The notes beneath the pieces are model-generated. The model was not told the origin of the DNA, did no database searches, and saw only the letters and a program-made list of their open reading frames with translations. A program made the position numbers and the translations under genes. Below, one piece after another: positions 38,110 through 47,148 of a DNA stretch of 64,000 nucleotides (position 1 is the stretch's first letter; every line of letters starts with the position of its first letter). Source of the DNA: Candidatus Falkowbacteria bacterium (GTDB taxonomy: Bacteria; Patescibacteriota; Patescibacteriia; Patescibacteriales; UBA12465). Location of the stretch: assembly GCA_037134915.1 (NCBI GenBank), contig JBAXLJ010000003.1, positions 81,084-145,083 of the forward strand, in the 5' to 3' direction.

Positions 38110-39954
38110 CTAGCTATTATAGATTTCCATCACACATTTATCACAATTAAATTTCAAAGGATATTTTTTACCATTGTAAACCAAGAACAAAGGCTCCTTA
38201 AGAAGTGGCGAGTCGGCTTTAAGCCGGCGTGGACAAGCTTGCAGGAAGTAGCGCAAACAGTGTTTAGTAGTCATTAACTTTCTACCGCGGTTATCTGTTT
38301 GGAGCTCTAAAGCTTCTTCTAAAATTACACTTTTATGGCGCTGATAAAAATCTTTAGCTAAATCATTAGCAATATTATATGAATAATCCAAATTTTTCTC
38401 CGGATAAGCGTGGGTTGTTTTCTTAAGGTTAATAATTTCTCGAGGATATTTTTCTAAACGTTTAGCCATTAAAAGATCGAGAAGCTGGCGGCGCCAATCA
38501 TTTAAAAGACTCATGGGCACAAATCCAGGATTTGCCCAATTAAACTTTAATGACTCGACCCTAAAAATTGTTTCCCCAGCTTTGCTAAATTGTTTTTGCC
38601 AATTAGCTAGGGCCTGTTCTTTTTTTTCTGCCAAAACTTTGGCCGTTTCAATTAAAAGTTCGACCTTATTTTTATCTTCATCAATCGCTGAAAGTAACCA
38701 CCCCTTCTCTGTTTCGCCAATTTCAATATCAACTGCTAGACTTCGGGAAGCACCACTAGCCACCGCTTTTTCAAAAGCCTGATCCTGATTACAATAAATT
38801 AAAGTTCCAGGTTTAAGCGGAATCCATTTATTGGGATAAATTTTCCCTTCGCTAATTAAGTTAACATTCGTACCATTTAATTGGCCGCGGCTATTAAACC
38901 AACACAAACCATCGCCGTTACTTAATTTAAAAGGCGCGTCCAGAGTAAAATAACGATGATCAACTCTTTTTACTTTGCCAATATATTTTCCTAAAGATTT
39001 TTGATTATCCGGCGCTACAATTTCCGGTTGCCGACCATGTAAAAAATAATCCGTATAGCCGCGGTTAAAAGTCTTAGCCAAATCGGGAATAAAATTTATA
39101 ACTGATAGACCCGAGGAAGCGCGAGTAAATTTACCAGCACTCGCTTCAATTATTTTGTCTAGTTCGGCTCGATATTTAGCGACCACGTTAGTAACATAAA
39201 CCGAATCTTTTAAACGTCCTTCGATTTTAAATGAAGTAATTCCCGCCTCACTTAAGTCCCCTAAAGAATTAATTAAATTTAAATCCTTGGGCGATAATAA
39301 ATATTTTTCCGTCATCAGTTCTTTGCCGTCAGCGTCAACCAAAGAAAAAGGCAGACGACAAACTTGCTGACAGCGCCCTCGATTAGCACTGCGGCCCGAT
39401 AAGGCTTGGCTAAAATAACAATTACCGGACATCGAGACGCAGAGCGCACCGTGAACAAAAAATTCCAAATCAATTTTAGTCTCTTTTTTGATTTTAGTAA
39501 TTTCTGACAAACTTAGTTCCCTGGCCAGAATAACTCGAGAAAAACCGGCTTTTTCCAAAAACTTAATCTGTTCTAAATCATAATTATTAGTTTGAGTGCT
39601 GGCATGAATCGGTAGTGGTGGCAGTTCCATTTCCAAGATACCCATGTCTTGAATAATTAAGGCATCAATTCCGAGCTCATAAGCGCGCCAAATAGCTTCT
39701 TTAACTTCAACCGCCTCTTCATTAAAAAAAATTGTATTAATCGCTAGATAAACCTTCACATAATACTTATGGGCCAAGGTAATTAGCGCGGCAATATTCT
39801 CCCAGGAGTTACTGGCGGCTGAACGAGCGCCAAAATTGGGACCGCCGATGTAAACGGCATCTGCGCCGGCTAAAATCGCCAAGCGACCGCTTTCAAAATC
39901 GCGGGCCGGAGCCAAAAGTTCTAATTTAATTTTATTTGTTTTACTGATAGTCAT
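38110..39954 (-). CDS. Peptidase U32 family protein (collagenase-like / RlhA-TrhP type)
   Basis: LELLAPARDFESGRLAILAGADAVYIGG is the U32 N-terminal signature. E..HGALC is present. It is 614 aa with a C-terminal extension. Confidence 0.85.
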   Translation of the reverse strand: MTISKTNKIKLELLAPARDFESGRLAILAGADAVYIGGPNFGARSAASNSWENIAALITLAHKYYVKVYLAINTIFFNEEAVEVKEAIWRAYELGIDALIIQDMGILEMELPPLPIHASTQTNNYDLEQIKFLEKAGFSRVILARELSLSEITKIKKETKIDLEFFVHGALCVSMSGNCYFSQALSGRSANRGRCQQVCRLPFSLVDADGKELMTEKYLLSPKDLNLINSLGDLSEAGITSFKIEGRLKDSVYVTNVVAKYRAELDKIIEASAGKFTRASSGLSVINFIPDLAKTFNRGYTDYFLHGRQPEIVAPDNQKSLGKYIGKVKRVDHRYFTLDAPFKLSNGDGLCWFNSRGQLNGTNVNLISEGKIYPNKWIPLKPGTLIYCNQDQAFEKAVASGASRSLAVDIEIGETEKGWLLSAIDEDKNKVELLIETAKVLAEKKEQALANWQKQFSKAGETIFRVESLKFNWANPGFVPMSLLNDWRRQLLDLLMAKRLEKYPREIINLKKTTHAYPEKNLDYSYNIANDLAKDFYQRHKSVILEEALELQTDNRGRKLMTTKHCLRYFLQACPRRLKADSPLLKEPLFLVYNGKKYPLKFNCDKCVMEIYNS

Positions 39955-40027
39955 GCCCCCATATTAAGGGTTTTAACCTAAAAAAGCAAATAAAAAAGCC
40001 TGCCTTTTAAGGGGCAGACCTTTTGGA

Positions 40028-40399
40028 TTAATAGGCTAACTCGCACAAAGTTTTGAAGCAGCCCGAAGGAATCGCATCGTAAAAATCCAAACCGGGTTTT
40101 GGCTCAGGAACCGCTAACTTAATAGCGTCTTCTTTTTTAAGTTTATCGTGTTCCTTGTTTTTTTGACGATAATACCTCATCAGCAAAGATAAAAATTCTT
40201 TGTCATCCTGACTTAGATTATCCGGATTTTCTGATCCCGGATACTCTTTTCTCAAAAATTCTTTAATTTCCAACTCCGTGCAAGTGTCGCTGAGTGCACA
40301 ACTTTCAATACGGGCTATAAAATCAATTTTAACTGCCTTTAACAGATAGGAATTTAAAATTTCCATCTTTTCAAACTCGGACTCACTTAATTTTTTCAT
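40028..40399 (-). CDS. Hypothetical protein
   Basis: 123-aa ORF co-directional with, and 40 bp downstream of, the 108-aa ORF. No motif was recognised. Confidence 0.35.
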   Translation of the reverse strand: MKKLSESEFEKMEILNSYLLKAVKIDFIARIESCALSDTCTELEIKEFLRKEYPGSENPDNLSQDDKEFLSLLMRYYRQKNKEHDKLKKEDAIKLAVPEPKPGLDFYDAIPSGCFKTLCELAY

Positions 40400-40438
40400 A
40401 ACTAATCCTCCTCTTTGATTTTTAAAAAACTAAAAAAA

Positions 40439-40765
40439 TTATCTTGATAAAATATTTTCACAGAAATGATTTAAACTGCTAGAAGGTGGTAAGACTCCAT
40501 TATCTCTTTGATTTATAATGTAGTCATATGACTCACTTAACAATTTTTCTTGACTAATAGCATGCCCCATTCGCTTGGTAGCCTTAGTGATTAATTCTTC
40601 TAAACGGAGTTGATAATGTTCCTCCTTTTCCTCGTTAGCAGAAGTCCCAGTAATAAAATTATAAAAATCTGGACGGTCTAAATGATCGATAATAAATTTA
40701 CTTATTTCGCTGACGCTTTTTCGCCATTTTACGGCTTGCTCATTATAAGCTTCAAACTGCTCCAT
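40439..40765 (-). CDS. Hypothetical protein
   Basis: 108-aa ORF immediately downstream of tRNA-Leu. No motif was recognised. Confidence 0.35.
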   Translation of the reverse strand: MEQFEAYNEQAVKWRKSVSEISKFIIDHLDRPDFYNFITGTSANEEKEEHYQLRLEELITKATKRMGHAISQEKLLSESYDYIINQRDNGVLPPSSSLNHFCENILSR

Positions 40766-40782
40766 ATTTATTGCCTAAATTA

Positions 40783-40869
40783 TGGTGCCCGGAGAGGGAC
40801 TCGAACCCTCACAGGATTACTCCCTCAGCGACCTGAACGCTGCGTGTCTACCAATTTCACCATCCGGGC
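40783..40869 (-). tRNA. tRNA-Leu (anticodon CAG), class II with long variable arm, CCA encoded
   Basis: The reverse complement is GCCCGGATGGTGAAATTGGTAGACACGCAGCGTTCAGGTCGCTGAGGGAGTAATCCTGTGAGGGTTCGAGTCCCTCTCCGGGCACCA. Anticodon loop TTCAGGT. There is a 13-nt variable arm. Confidence 0.85.
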
Positions 40870-40965
40870 TAAACTACTACAATATTGGCATATGACGCCT
40901 AAATTATCAAGAGCACTTATCTTATTTGACTTCTTAGAGCAATAGTGGAAAAATAATACATATAA

Positions 40966-41964
40966 ATGTTAATTAACAACCTAAAAAATATAGCTATGGC
41001 AGGAGTCTTAATAATGGCCAATCTCGGATTAGATTCGTGTTTAGCCGCCACTTTAATTATTGAAAACATTAATCATATTAGCGGAATAGAAAAAAATTCT
41101 GGTTTATCAGAAGAAATTCTGCAATACAAAGAAATGCATTATGATGAGGACTTGGAAGATGGTTATGCGGGAAAGAATTATTACGAAGAAGACGACGAAT
41201 CTGACGAGGAAATTCAAGAAGATGCCCCACTGGTTTGTTTTTGTGACGATGATAATTTAGTTCAAGCCGTTGATAAATTATCGGACATATCTTCCATTCT
41301 TTTTTTTGTCGGTTACGAAGAAAAGGTTATTAAAGAGGAAATTGTTTGCCTGCTTCATAACAATCAAAGAATTTTCTTTACCAGTGAATTTTGCGCCGCG
41401 CTATCTGTTTCGACCCGGATTAAAAAAGATTTGGCCAAAGATTATTATCTCAATCTAAGACTGAGCACTGCCCGTATTTTTTCTGAAGAATATCAAGATG
41501 TTAAATTCAACAATGAATACTTAATCCCTGAAAAAATGCGCACCGTTGCTGAGAATATTATTAACCATTATTTAACCTCTTGGGCCATTGCTTATAACAT
41601 TTTTATCGGTGACGATAATCGGTTAAATCAGTTCCATTACGAGTTTTTAAAACAACTAATCTTTGAAGATAAAAATCAGTTTATCAATCGTTTATTTGAG
41701 CTTGAGAGCGAAATGGAAGCTGAAACTGAACGCCAAAGAAAGAATATAAAATATGTCGGACAAGGGGTTTATCTCTTAAAAGCGGGGTCAAAAAGATTTT
41801 TCAAGACCGAACTTTTGCGGGAAGGTTATGAAAGAGGTTTTCCTTTTTTTGCCATTCAATATGTCAAAAACCGACAGAAGAAAATCATTTCCATGGATTT
41901 TCAAAGCCAATTTTATTTTGAAGATGGTGAATTTGAATTCTGTGAAAATGTCGCACTAAATTAA
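40966..41964 (+). CDS. Hypothetical protein with acidic (D/E-rich) segment
   Basis: 332-aa ORF containing an EEDDESDEEIQED stretch. No motif was recognised. Confidence 0.4.
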   Translation: MLINNLKNIAMAGVLIMANLGLDSCLAATLIIENINHISGIEKNSGLSEEILQYKEMHYDEDLEDGYAGKNYYEEDDESDEEIQEDAPLVCFCDDDNLVQAVDKLSDISSILFFVGYEEKVIKEEIVCLLHNNQRIFFTSEFCAALSVSTRIKKDLAKDYYLNLRLSTARIFSEEYQDVKFNNEYLIPEKMRTVAENIINHYLTSWAIAYNIFIGDDNRLNQFHYEFLKQLIFEDKNQFINRLFELESEMEAETERQRKNIKYVGQGVYLLKAGSKRFFKTELLREGYERGFPFFAIQYVKNRQKKIISMDFQSQFYFEDGEFEFCENVALN

Positions 41965-41995
41965 AAAAGACCGGGAAAAATCCCGGTTTTTTTAA

Positions 41996-42571
41996 TTAAC
42001 TAGAACGATATTTTTTAAGCTCTTCCCGTCTTTTTTGATAATCAGGAATCGCTCGACTAACCAAGTGCCAAAACCTAAAGGAGTGATTCATTTCTTTTAA
42101 ATGGCACAATTCATGGACCGCTACGTAATCTAATAACTCCGCCGGCAGCAAAGCGAGACGGCAATTAAAATTTAAAGCCCCCTTTTGAGAACAACTCCCC
42201 CAACGAGTCTTTTGATTGCGAATCGAAACACTCCGATACTTAAAGCCGTATTGCTGGTTGAAAAATTCCAGACGCGCCAAAATCAAATGAGCGGCCCGGC
42301 GCTTTAAAATAATAAGTTCTTCGGGCGGAATGACCGGCGATTCTGTCTCCGGTTGGATATTTGATAAATTTTTAATAATCCAATCGGCTTTAGTTTTAAT
42401 AAATTGTTCAATAAAAATAAAGGGTACAAAAACCGGCTTAACCACCACTAACCCTTTTGGGCTAATTTCAAGTCTCATGCTTCTGGCCTGGCGACTGTTT
42501 TTAAGCTCGTAAGCAATATCTTGATGATTCAGTTTAATCAGTCTTTTAGTCATAGAAGAATTATAGCCCAA
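41996..42571 (-). CDS. YgjP/DUF45-type (M48-like) zinc metallohydrolase
   Basis: WGSCS...HELCHLKEMNHSFRFW are the DUF45 signature motifs. It is 191 aa. Confidence 0.7.
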   Translation of the reverse strand: MGYNSSMTKRLIKLNHQDIAYELKNSRQARSMRLEISPKGLVVVKPVFVPFIFIEQFIKTKADWIIKNLSNIQPETESPVIPPEELIILKRRAAHLILARLEFFNQQYGFKYRSVSIRNQKTRWGSCSQKGALNFNCRLALLPAELLDYVAVHELCHLKEMNHSFRFWHLVSRAIPDYQKRREELKKYRSS

Positions 42572-42607
42572 AAATCAAAAAAAGCGACCCTTGACGAGTC
42601 GCTTATC

Positions 42608-43699
42608 TTATCTGGAAAAAAGTTCCAATTTAGGCACTTTACCAAAATTTTCTTTTTTTAAAAACCGATCAGGATTGCAAAAATCCAGTTCCGCCCACAT
42701 CGGTATGCTGGGTAAAAATTCAGCGATAGCAAAACGAGTCTTATCGGACAACCGGTCCATAATATAATTGTCGCTAAACTTGCCGGCCATTTCACCTAAA
42801 GCCAAGACTCCTTCTTCAGACATCAGAGCCATAGTGAGCGAGGCCACTCGTTTATCTTTAAAATATCTTTCTAAGACTTCATAGGACCGAGCTAAAATAT
42901 CCTTAAGTGCTTGACGATTCATCTTATGGTAAACTTCATTGTACATAAAATCACGCACCACATGAAAACATTTGGCTTCATCTGAATCCTCAAAAGAGAT
43001 AGTATCTTTTTCTAAACTTTCAAAACATAAAGCCCGGGCACAATTATACAGGCGTTCGGTTTGGTTGCTACCTAATTTATTAAGCTCATCAGGAACGGTT
43101 AAACCGGGAAAATTGATACGCATGATGTCATTATAGTCGGAAAAAATATAAGATAATTTATCCGAATCCATTAAATCATCATCTTCCTGAATAACACCGC
43201 CGTTTACCATTTTACCGCTACCTCGTGAATGGTTACGGACGGCATGCAAAACTTCATAAGATAAGTTAATACCTAAACCATCACGCTCAATCATTTCTAG
43301 AACAAAAATAACAAAACGTTCATGCCGAAAATTTTCACCGAGGCGCTCAGCGATAAACTGCTCACCTAAGTGACCAAAGGCTACGTGGCCTAAATCATGA
43401 GTCAAAGCAGCGGCCTCAACTAAAGAAACATTGAGCCCTAAACGACGTCCGATTTGAGTGGCTAAAGCCGAAACCTCCATACTGTGAATCAAGCGGTCCC
43501 GGATGTGAATATTCTTTAAGCCGGAAATAACTTGAGTTTTACCTCTTAATCTTCTTAGAGCTTTGGAATACTGAATCTTAATTAAATCTAAACCAAAGGG
43601 GTCCATCCAATAAAGACTGGCATCGCGATCAAATTCGGGTGCTAAAGCCCGACCAAAAGTGTTCTCGCTTTTAAAGGCGAGATGTGCTAAATTTTTCAT
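42608..43699 (-). CDS. dGTPase-family HD-domain dNTP triphosphohydrolase-like protein
   Basis: HSMEVSALATQIGRRLGL...THDLGHVAFGH is the HD motif of the dGTPase clade. The start is chosen at the third in-frame ATG (43699) to avoid overlap with divergent rnhB. The ORF track extends it to 43786. Confidence 0.65.
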   Translation of the reverse strand: MKNLAHLAFKSENTFGRALAPEFDRDASLYWMDPFGLDLIKIQYSKALRRLRGKTQVISGLKNIHIRDRLIHSMEVSALATQIGRRLGLNVSLVEAAALTHDLGHVAFGHLGEQFIAERLGENFRHERFVIFVLEMIERDGLGINLSYEVLHAVRNHSRGSGKMVNGGVIQEDDDLMDSDKLSYIFSDYNDIMRINFPGLTVPDELNKLGSNQTERLYNCARALCFESLEKDTISFEDSDEAKCFHVVRDFMYNEVYHKMNRQALKDILARSYEVLERYFKDKRVASLTMALMSEEGVLALGEMAGKFSDNYIMDRLSDKTRFAIAEFLPSIPMWAELDFCNPDRFLKKENFGKVPKLELFSR

Positions 43700-43769
43700 A
43701 TAATATAGTTTTAAATTGTTAACGGACTGATTTCCTATCATCTTAAGGCTAAAGTAAAAATTTGTAAAT

Positions 43770-44393
43770 ATGCTCGATTTAAGCACCGAAAAAGGAATAT
43801 TTGAGCTTGGTTACCAGTTAGTGGCCGGCGTTGACGAAGCGGGACGCGGACCACTGGCCGGACCAGTGGTGGCCGCCTGCGTGGTCATTGGTCCCGACTT
43901 TAAAATCGACAGCGATGAGCTTAAATTAGTGGCTGATTCTAAAAAATTAAGCGCCAAAAACCGCGAAAAACTTTTTAGCGTCATTAAAGAAAAGGCTTTG
44001 GCGGTCGAAATCAGCGTGATTAGCCACTTAGTAATTGATAAGATAAATATTTTACAAGCTAGCCTGCTGGCGATGAAAAAAGCCGTTGAAGCTTGCAAGA
44101 CGCAACCGGATTTTGTTTTAATTGATGGTAATATAAAAATTCCTGGACTCCTTAAAAAACAGCAAGCCATTGTTTCTGGTGACGCCAAAGTATTTTGTAT
44201 TGCCGCCGCCTCAATTATTGCCAAAGTCAGCCGTGATTTTTTAATGTGCGAGGCTGATAAAAAATATCCTAATTATCAGTTTGCCAAACATAAAGGTTAC
44301 GGGACAAAATTGCATTTAGAAATGTTAAACACTTATGGCCCTTGCGCTATTCACCGGCGTAGTTTTGCCCCGGTTAAAGATTTACTCAAATAA
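43770..44393 (+). CDS. rnhB: Ribonuclease HII
   Basis: VAGVDEAGRGPLAGPVVAA is the RNase HII DEAGRG motif. It is 207 aa. Confidence 0.9.
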   Translation: MLDLSTEKGIFELGYQLVAGVDEAGRGPLAGPVVAACVVIGPDFKIDSDELKLVADSKKLSAKNREKLFSVIKEKALAVEISVISHLVIDKINILQASLLAMKKAVEACKTQPDFVLIDGNIKIPGLLKKQQAIVSGDAKVFCIAAASIIAKVSRDFLMCEADKKYPNYQFAKHKGYGTKLHLEMLNTYGPCAIHRRSFAPVKDLLK

Positions 44394-44426
44394 AAAAACG
44401 TTTTCTTGTGAAAACGTTTTTTTTTG
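44394..44426. terminator. Bidirectional intrinsic terminator between convergent rnhB and HAD genes
   Basis: Hairpin aaaacgtttt / cttgtg / aaaacgtttt followed by ttttttttg. There is an A-run on the other side. Confidence 0.5.
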
Positions 44427-44433
44427 TTTCATT

Positions 44434-45117
44434 TTAATGGGTTACCTTAGGCATAAGCTCCCGCAGAACGAGGAGCTCATCAATGACTTCCATGACAGAT
44501 CCGTAGATAAAATTCTCCGGAACGCCAGCGGACAGAAACCTTTCCTTGGGATAGATTCTAGAAGAAATAGCCGCAAAATCAATTTTATGTGGACCATGAT
44601 AAGCAGCCGGCAAATCGCAGATTGGAGAATCCCCTACGAACAAAATTTTTTCAACGGTAAACTCCTCTAATATATCCTCAAAAACTCGTGGATCAGGTTT
44701 CATAAAATTATCTTCACGAGTTTTTATAAGGCTAAAGAGATCCGCACCGACTTCCATGTCATCTAAAGCCTTGGTCATCATTCTTCGATTACGATTACTA
44801 ACAAGCCCTAATTTGTAACCAGCCAATTTTAAATTACTTAATTTTAATGGTAAAGAATTTGGGCTGCAAAAACGAGTATTCTCAAAGAAATATTTAATTT
44901 TCAGAGCTACTAATTCTGTTTGGGAATCAGACCAAGAACCAGCTTCCGCTAAAAGTGGGATAATTACCCCATTAAAATCGTGCCCTAAATTGCTTTCGAT
45001 TGTTTTCATATCAAAAGGCAAACGGACGCTTTCGATAATTTGGCACAAGCGAGTCACGGCTTTTTCCATGGAAAAAAGCAGAACTCCGTCCACATCAAAT
45101 AAGATCAATTCTTTCAT
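44434..45117 (-). CDS. HAD-superfamily hydrolase
   Basis: LILFDVDGVLL is HAD motif I (DxD). GDSPICD is motif IV. Confidence 0.7.
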   Translation of the reverse strand: MKELILFDVDGVLLFSMEKAVTRLCQIIESVRLPFDMKTIESNLGHDFNGVIIPLLAEAGSWSDSQTELVALKIKYFFENTRFCSPNSLPLKLSNLKLAGYKLGLVSNRNRRMMTKALDDMEVGADLFSLIKTREDNFMKPDPRVFEDILEEFTVEKILFVGDSPICDLPAAYHGPHKIDFAAISSRIYPKERFLSAGVPENFIYGSVMEVIDELLVLRELMPKVTH

Positions 45118-45165
45118 TTTAACCCTCCAATTAAATTATTAAAAAACTATCTATATAATTTATTA

Positions 45166-46953
45166 TTATTTTCTAGTCGCTCTAACGCGGTCGTTTTCTG
45201 TTAAATACTGCTTACGTAAACGGACACTTTTAGGTGTTACTTCCAAATATTCATCAGCGTTCATAATACTTAGTCCACGTTCTAAGGTAATTTCCCAAGG
45301 CGGAGTTAAGTTAATGGCTTCATCCGAACCAGAGGCGCGGACATTGGTTAGTTTCTTACCTTTAACTGGATTAACTGACATGTCATTTCCTTTGGCCACG
45401 TTGCCAATTACCATGCCTTCATAAACATCGACGTTAGGCTGGATATAAATCACACCACGTTCCTGTAAATTCCATAAAGCAAAAGCGGCCACCTTTCCGG
45501 TAATCATCGAAATCATCGAACCCAACTGACTGCGTTCAATCGGTCCAGCGTATGGTTTAAAACCTAAAAAGTGAGAGCATAAAATACCTTCACCGCGGGT
45601 ATCAACCACAAATTCATTGCGATAACCTAAGATACCACGAGTCGGAATTTCAAAGATTAAACGGCTCTGACCATTGTGATTTTTTAAATCAGTCATCATA
45701 CCTTTGCGACGAGACATTTTTTCAATGACCACACCGGAACAATTTTCAGGAATATCAATGGTGATTTCTTCAAATGGTTCCAGCTTAACACCGTCAGCCT
45801 CTTTAATAATCGCCTCTGGTTGGGAAACTTGCATTTCATAACCTTCGCGGCGCATATTTTCTAGCAAAATAGCCACGTGTAATTCACCGCGGCCATAAAC
45901 TTTAGCAAAATTATTATCTGAAAAATCAACTTTTAAACCAACATTAACCTCAAGTTCTTTTTCTAGCCGCTCTCTGATTTGGCGGTTAGTCACAAATTTA
46001 CCTTCACGGCCCGCAAAGGGTGAACTATTAACTAAAAAGTTAAGACAAATTGTTGGCTCATCAACCGTAATAGCCGGCAAAGGTTCCTGATTAACATTGT
46101 CACTAATTGTTTCACCAATATAAACATCGGGTAGCCCAGCCACCATCACAATGTCACCAGCGACAGCTTCGGGAATTTCTTGACGAGTTAATCCAGCAAA
46201 AGTAAATAATTTAGTCGTACGACCAGTGGTCATCGTGCCATCTGGTTCCTTAATATAAACTGTTTGATTAGGTTTAATGCTACCTTTATAAATACGGCAA
46301 ATAGCACAACGGCCTAAAAAATTATCATAAGCCAAATTAAAAGGTTGGGCCGCCAGAGTTAAAGTCGCCATCTCAGTCGTCGCGGCTGGAGCTACGTGTT
46401 CAACAATTTTATTCAGCAAGGGGTCAAGGTTATCAGACTCATCTTCTAAATTTAATTTAGCAATGCCCGCTCGGCCATTAGCATAAACGACTGGAAAATC
46501 TAATTGTTCATCAGTGGCACCTAAATCTAAAAACAGTTCATAAACCATTTCCTGGACTTCAGCTGGACGAGCTGCTGGTTTATCAATTTTATTAATGACC
46601 ACAATCGGCTTTAAACCTAATTCTAAAGATTTCTTTAAAACAAATTTAGTTTGCGGCATCGGCCCTTCTTGAGCATCAACGATTAAAAGCACGCAGTCAA
46701 TGGAACGCAAAATACGTTCTACCTCGGAACTAAAATCGGCGTGACCAGGGGTGTCAACAATATTAATCTTATTTTCTTTATAAAAAAGACTGCAATTTTT
46801 TGAGTAAATTGTAATGCCGCGTTCTTGCTCCAGGTTATTGCTGTCCATGCTAGCGCCGGCTTCAGTCATCCCATTTTGACGTAATAAGGCATCGGTTAAA
46901 GTTGTTTTACCATGATCTACGTGAGCGATAATGGCGATGTTTCGAATATCCAT
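45166..46953 (-). CDS. typA: Translational GTPase TypA/BipA
   Basis: AIIAHVDHGKTTL is the G1 motif. DTPGHADF is G3. NKID is G4. Both length (595 aa) and domain order match BipA. Confidence 0.9.
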   Translation of the reverse strand: MDIRNIAIIAHVDHGKTTLTDALLRQNGMTEAGASMDSNNLEQERGITIYSKNCSLFYKENKINIVDTPGHADFSSEVERILRSIDCVLLIVDAQEGPMPQTKFVLKKSLELGLKPIVVINKIDKPAARPAEVQEMVYELFLDLGATDEQLDFPVVYANGRAGIAKLNLEDESDNLDPLLNKIVEHVAPAATTEMATLTLAAQPFNLAYDNFLGRCAICRIYKGSIKPNQTVYIKEPDGTMTTGRTTKLFTFAGLTRQEIPEAVAGDIVMVAGLPDVYIGETISDNVNQEPLPAITVDEPTICLNFLVNSSPFAGREGKFVTNRQIRERLEKELEVNVGLKVDFSDNNFAKVYGRGELHVAILLENMRREGYEMQVSQPEAIIKEADGVKLEPFEEITIDIPENCSGVVIEKMSRRKGMMTDLKNHNGQSRLIFEIPTRGILGYRNEFVVDTRGEGILCSHFLGFKPYAGPIERSQLGSMISMITGKVAAFALWNLQERGVIYIQPNVDVYEGMVIGNVAKGNDMSVNPVKGKKLTNVRASGSDEAINLTPPWEITLERGLSIMNADEYLEVTPKSVRLRKQYLTENDRVRATRK

Positions 46954-47102
46954 AGTAATTTGTGTTATTGGAAAGTATCTTTAAATTCCCAAAAAAAGAA
47001 ATACACGACATTTTCCGTCGCGTAATTTATAAAATAATTAAGCTTTATCCATTATAATATATATGGCATTTTAAGTCAAGGCTTAGAATAAAGGTTTTCT
47101 AT

Positions 47103-47142
47103 AAAAAAATGGGTCCCGCTTGAATTGCTTCAAACGAGACCC
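47103..47142 (-). terminator. Intrinsic terminator 6 nt after the GHKL ATPase stop
   Basis: 14-bp imperfect stem gggtcccgcttgaa / ttcaaacgagaccc with 2 mismatches and loop ttgc. On the minus strand it is followed by attttttta. Confidence 0.45.
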
Positions 47143-47148
47143 AATACT

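Noticed and set aside
40682-40945. 87-aa plus-strand ORF spanning tRNA-Leu
   Set aside because: It overlaps the well-supported tRNA-Leu on the opposite strand, and its translation has no features.
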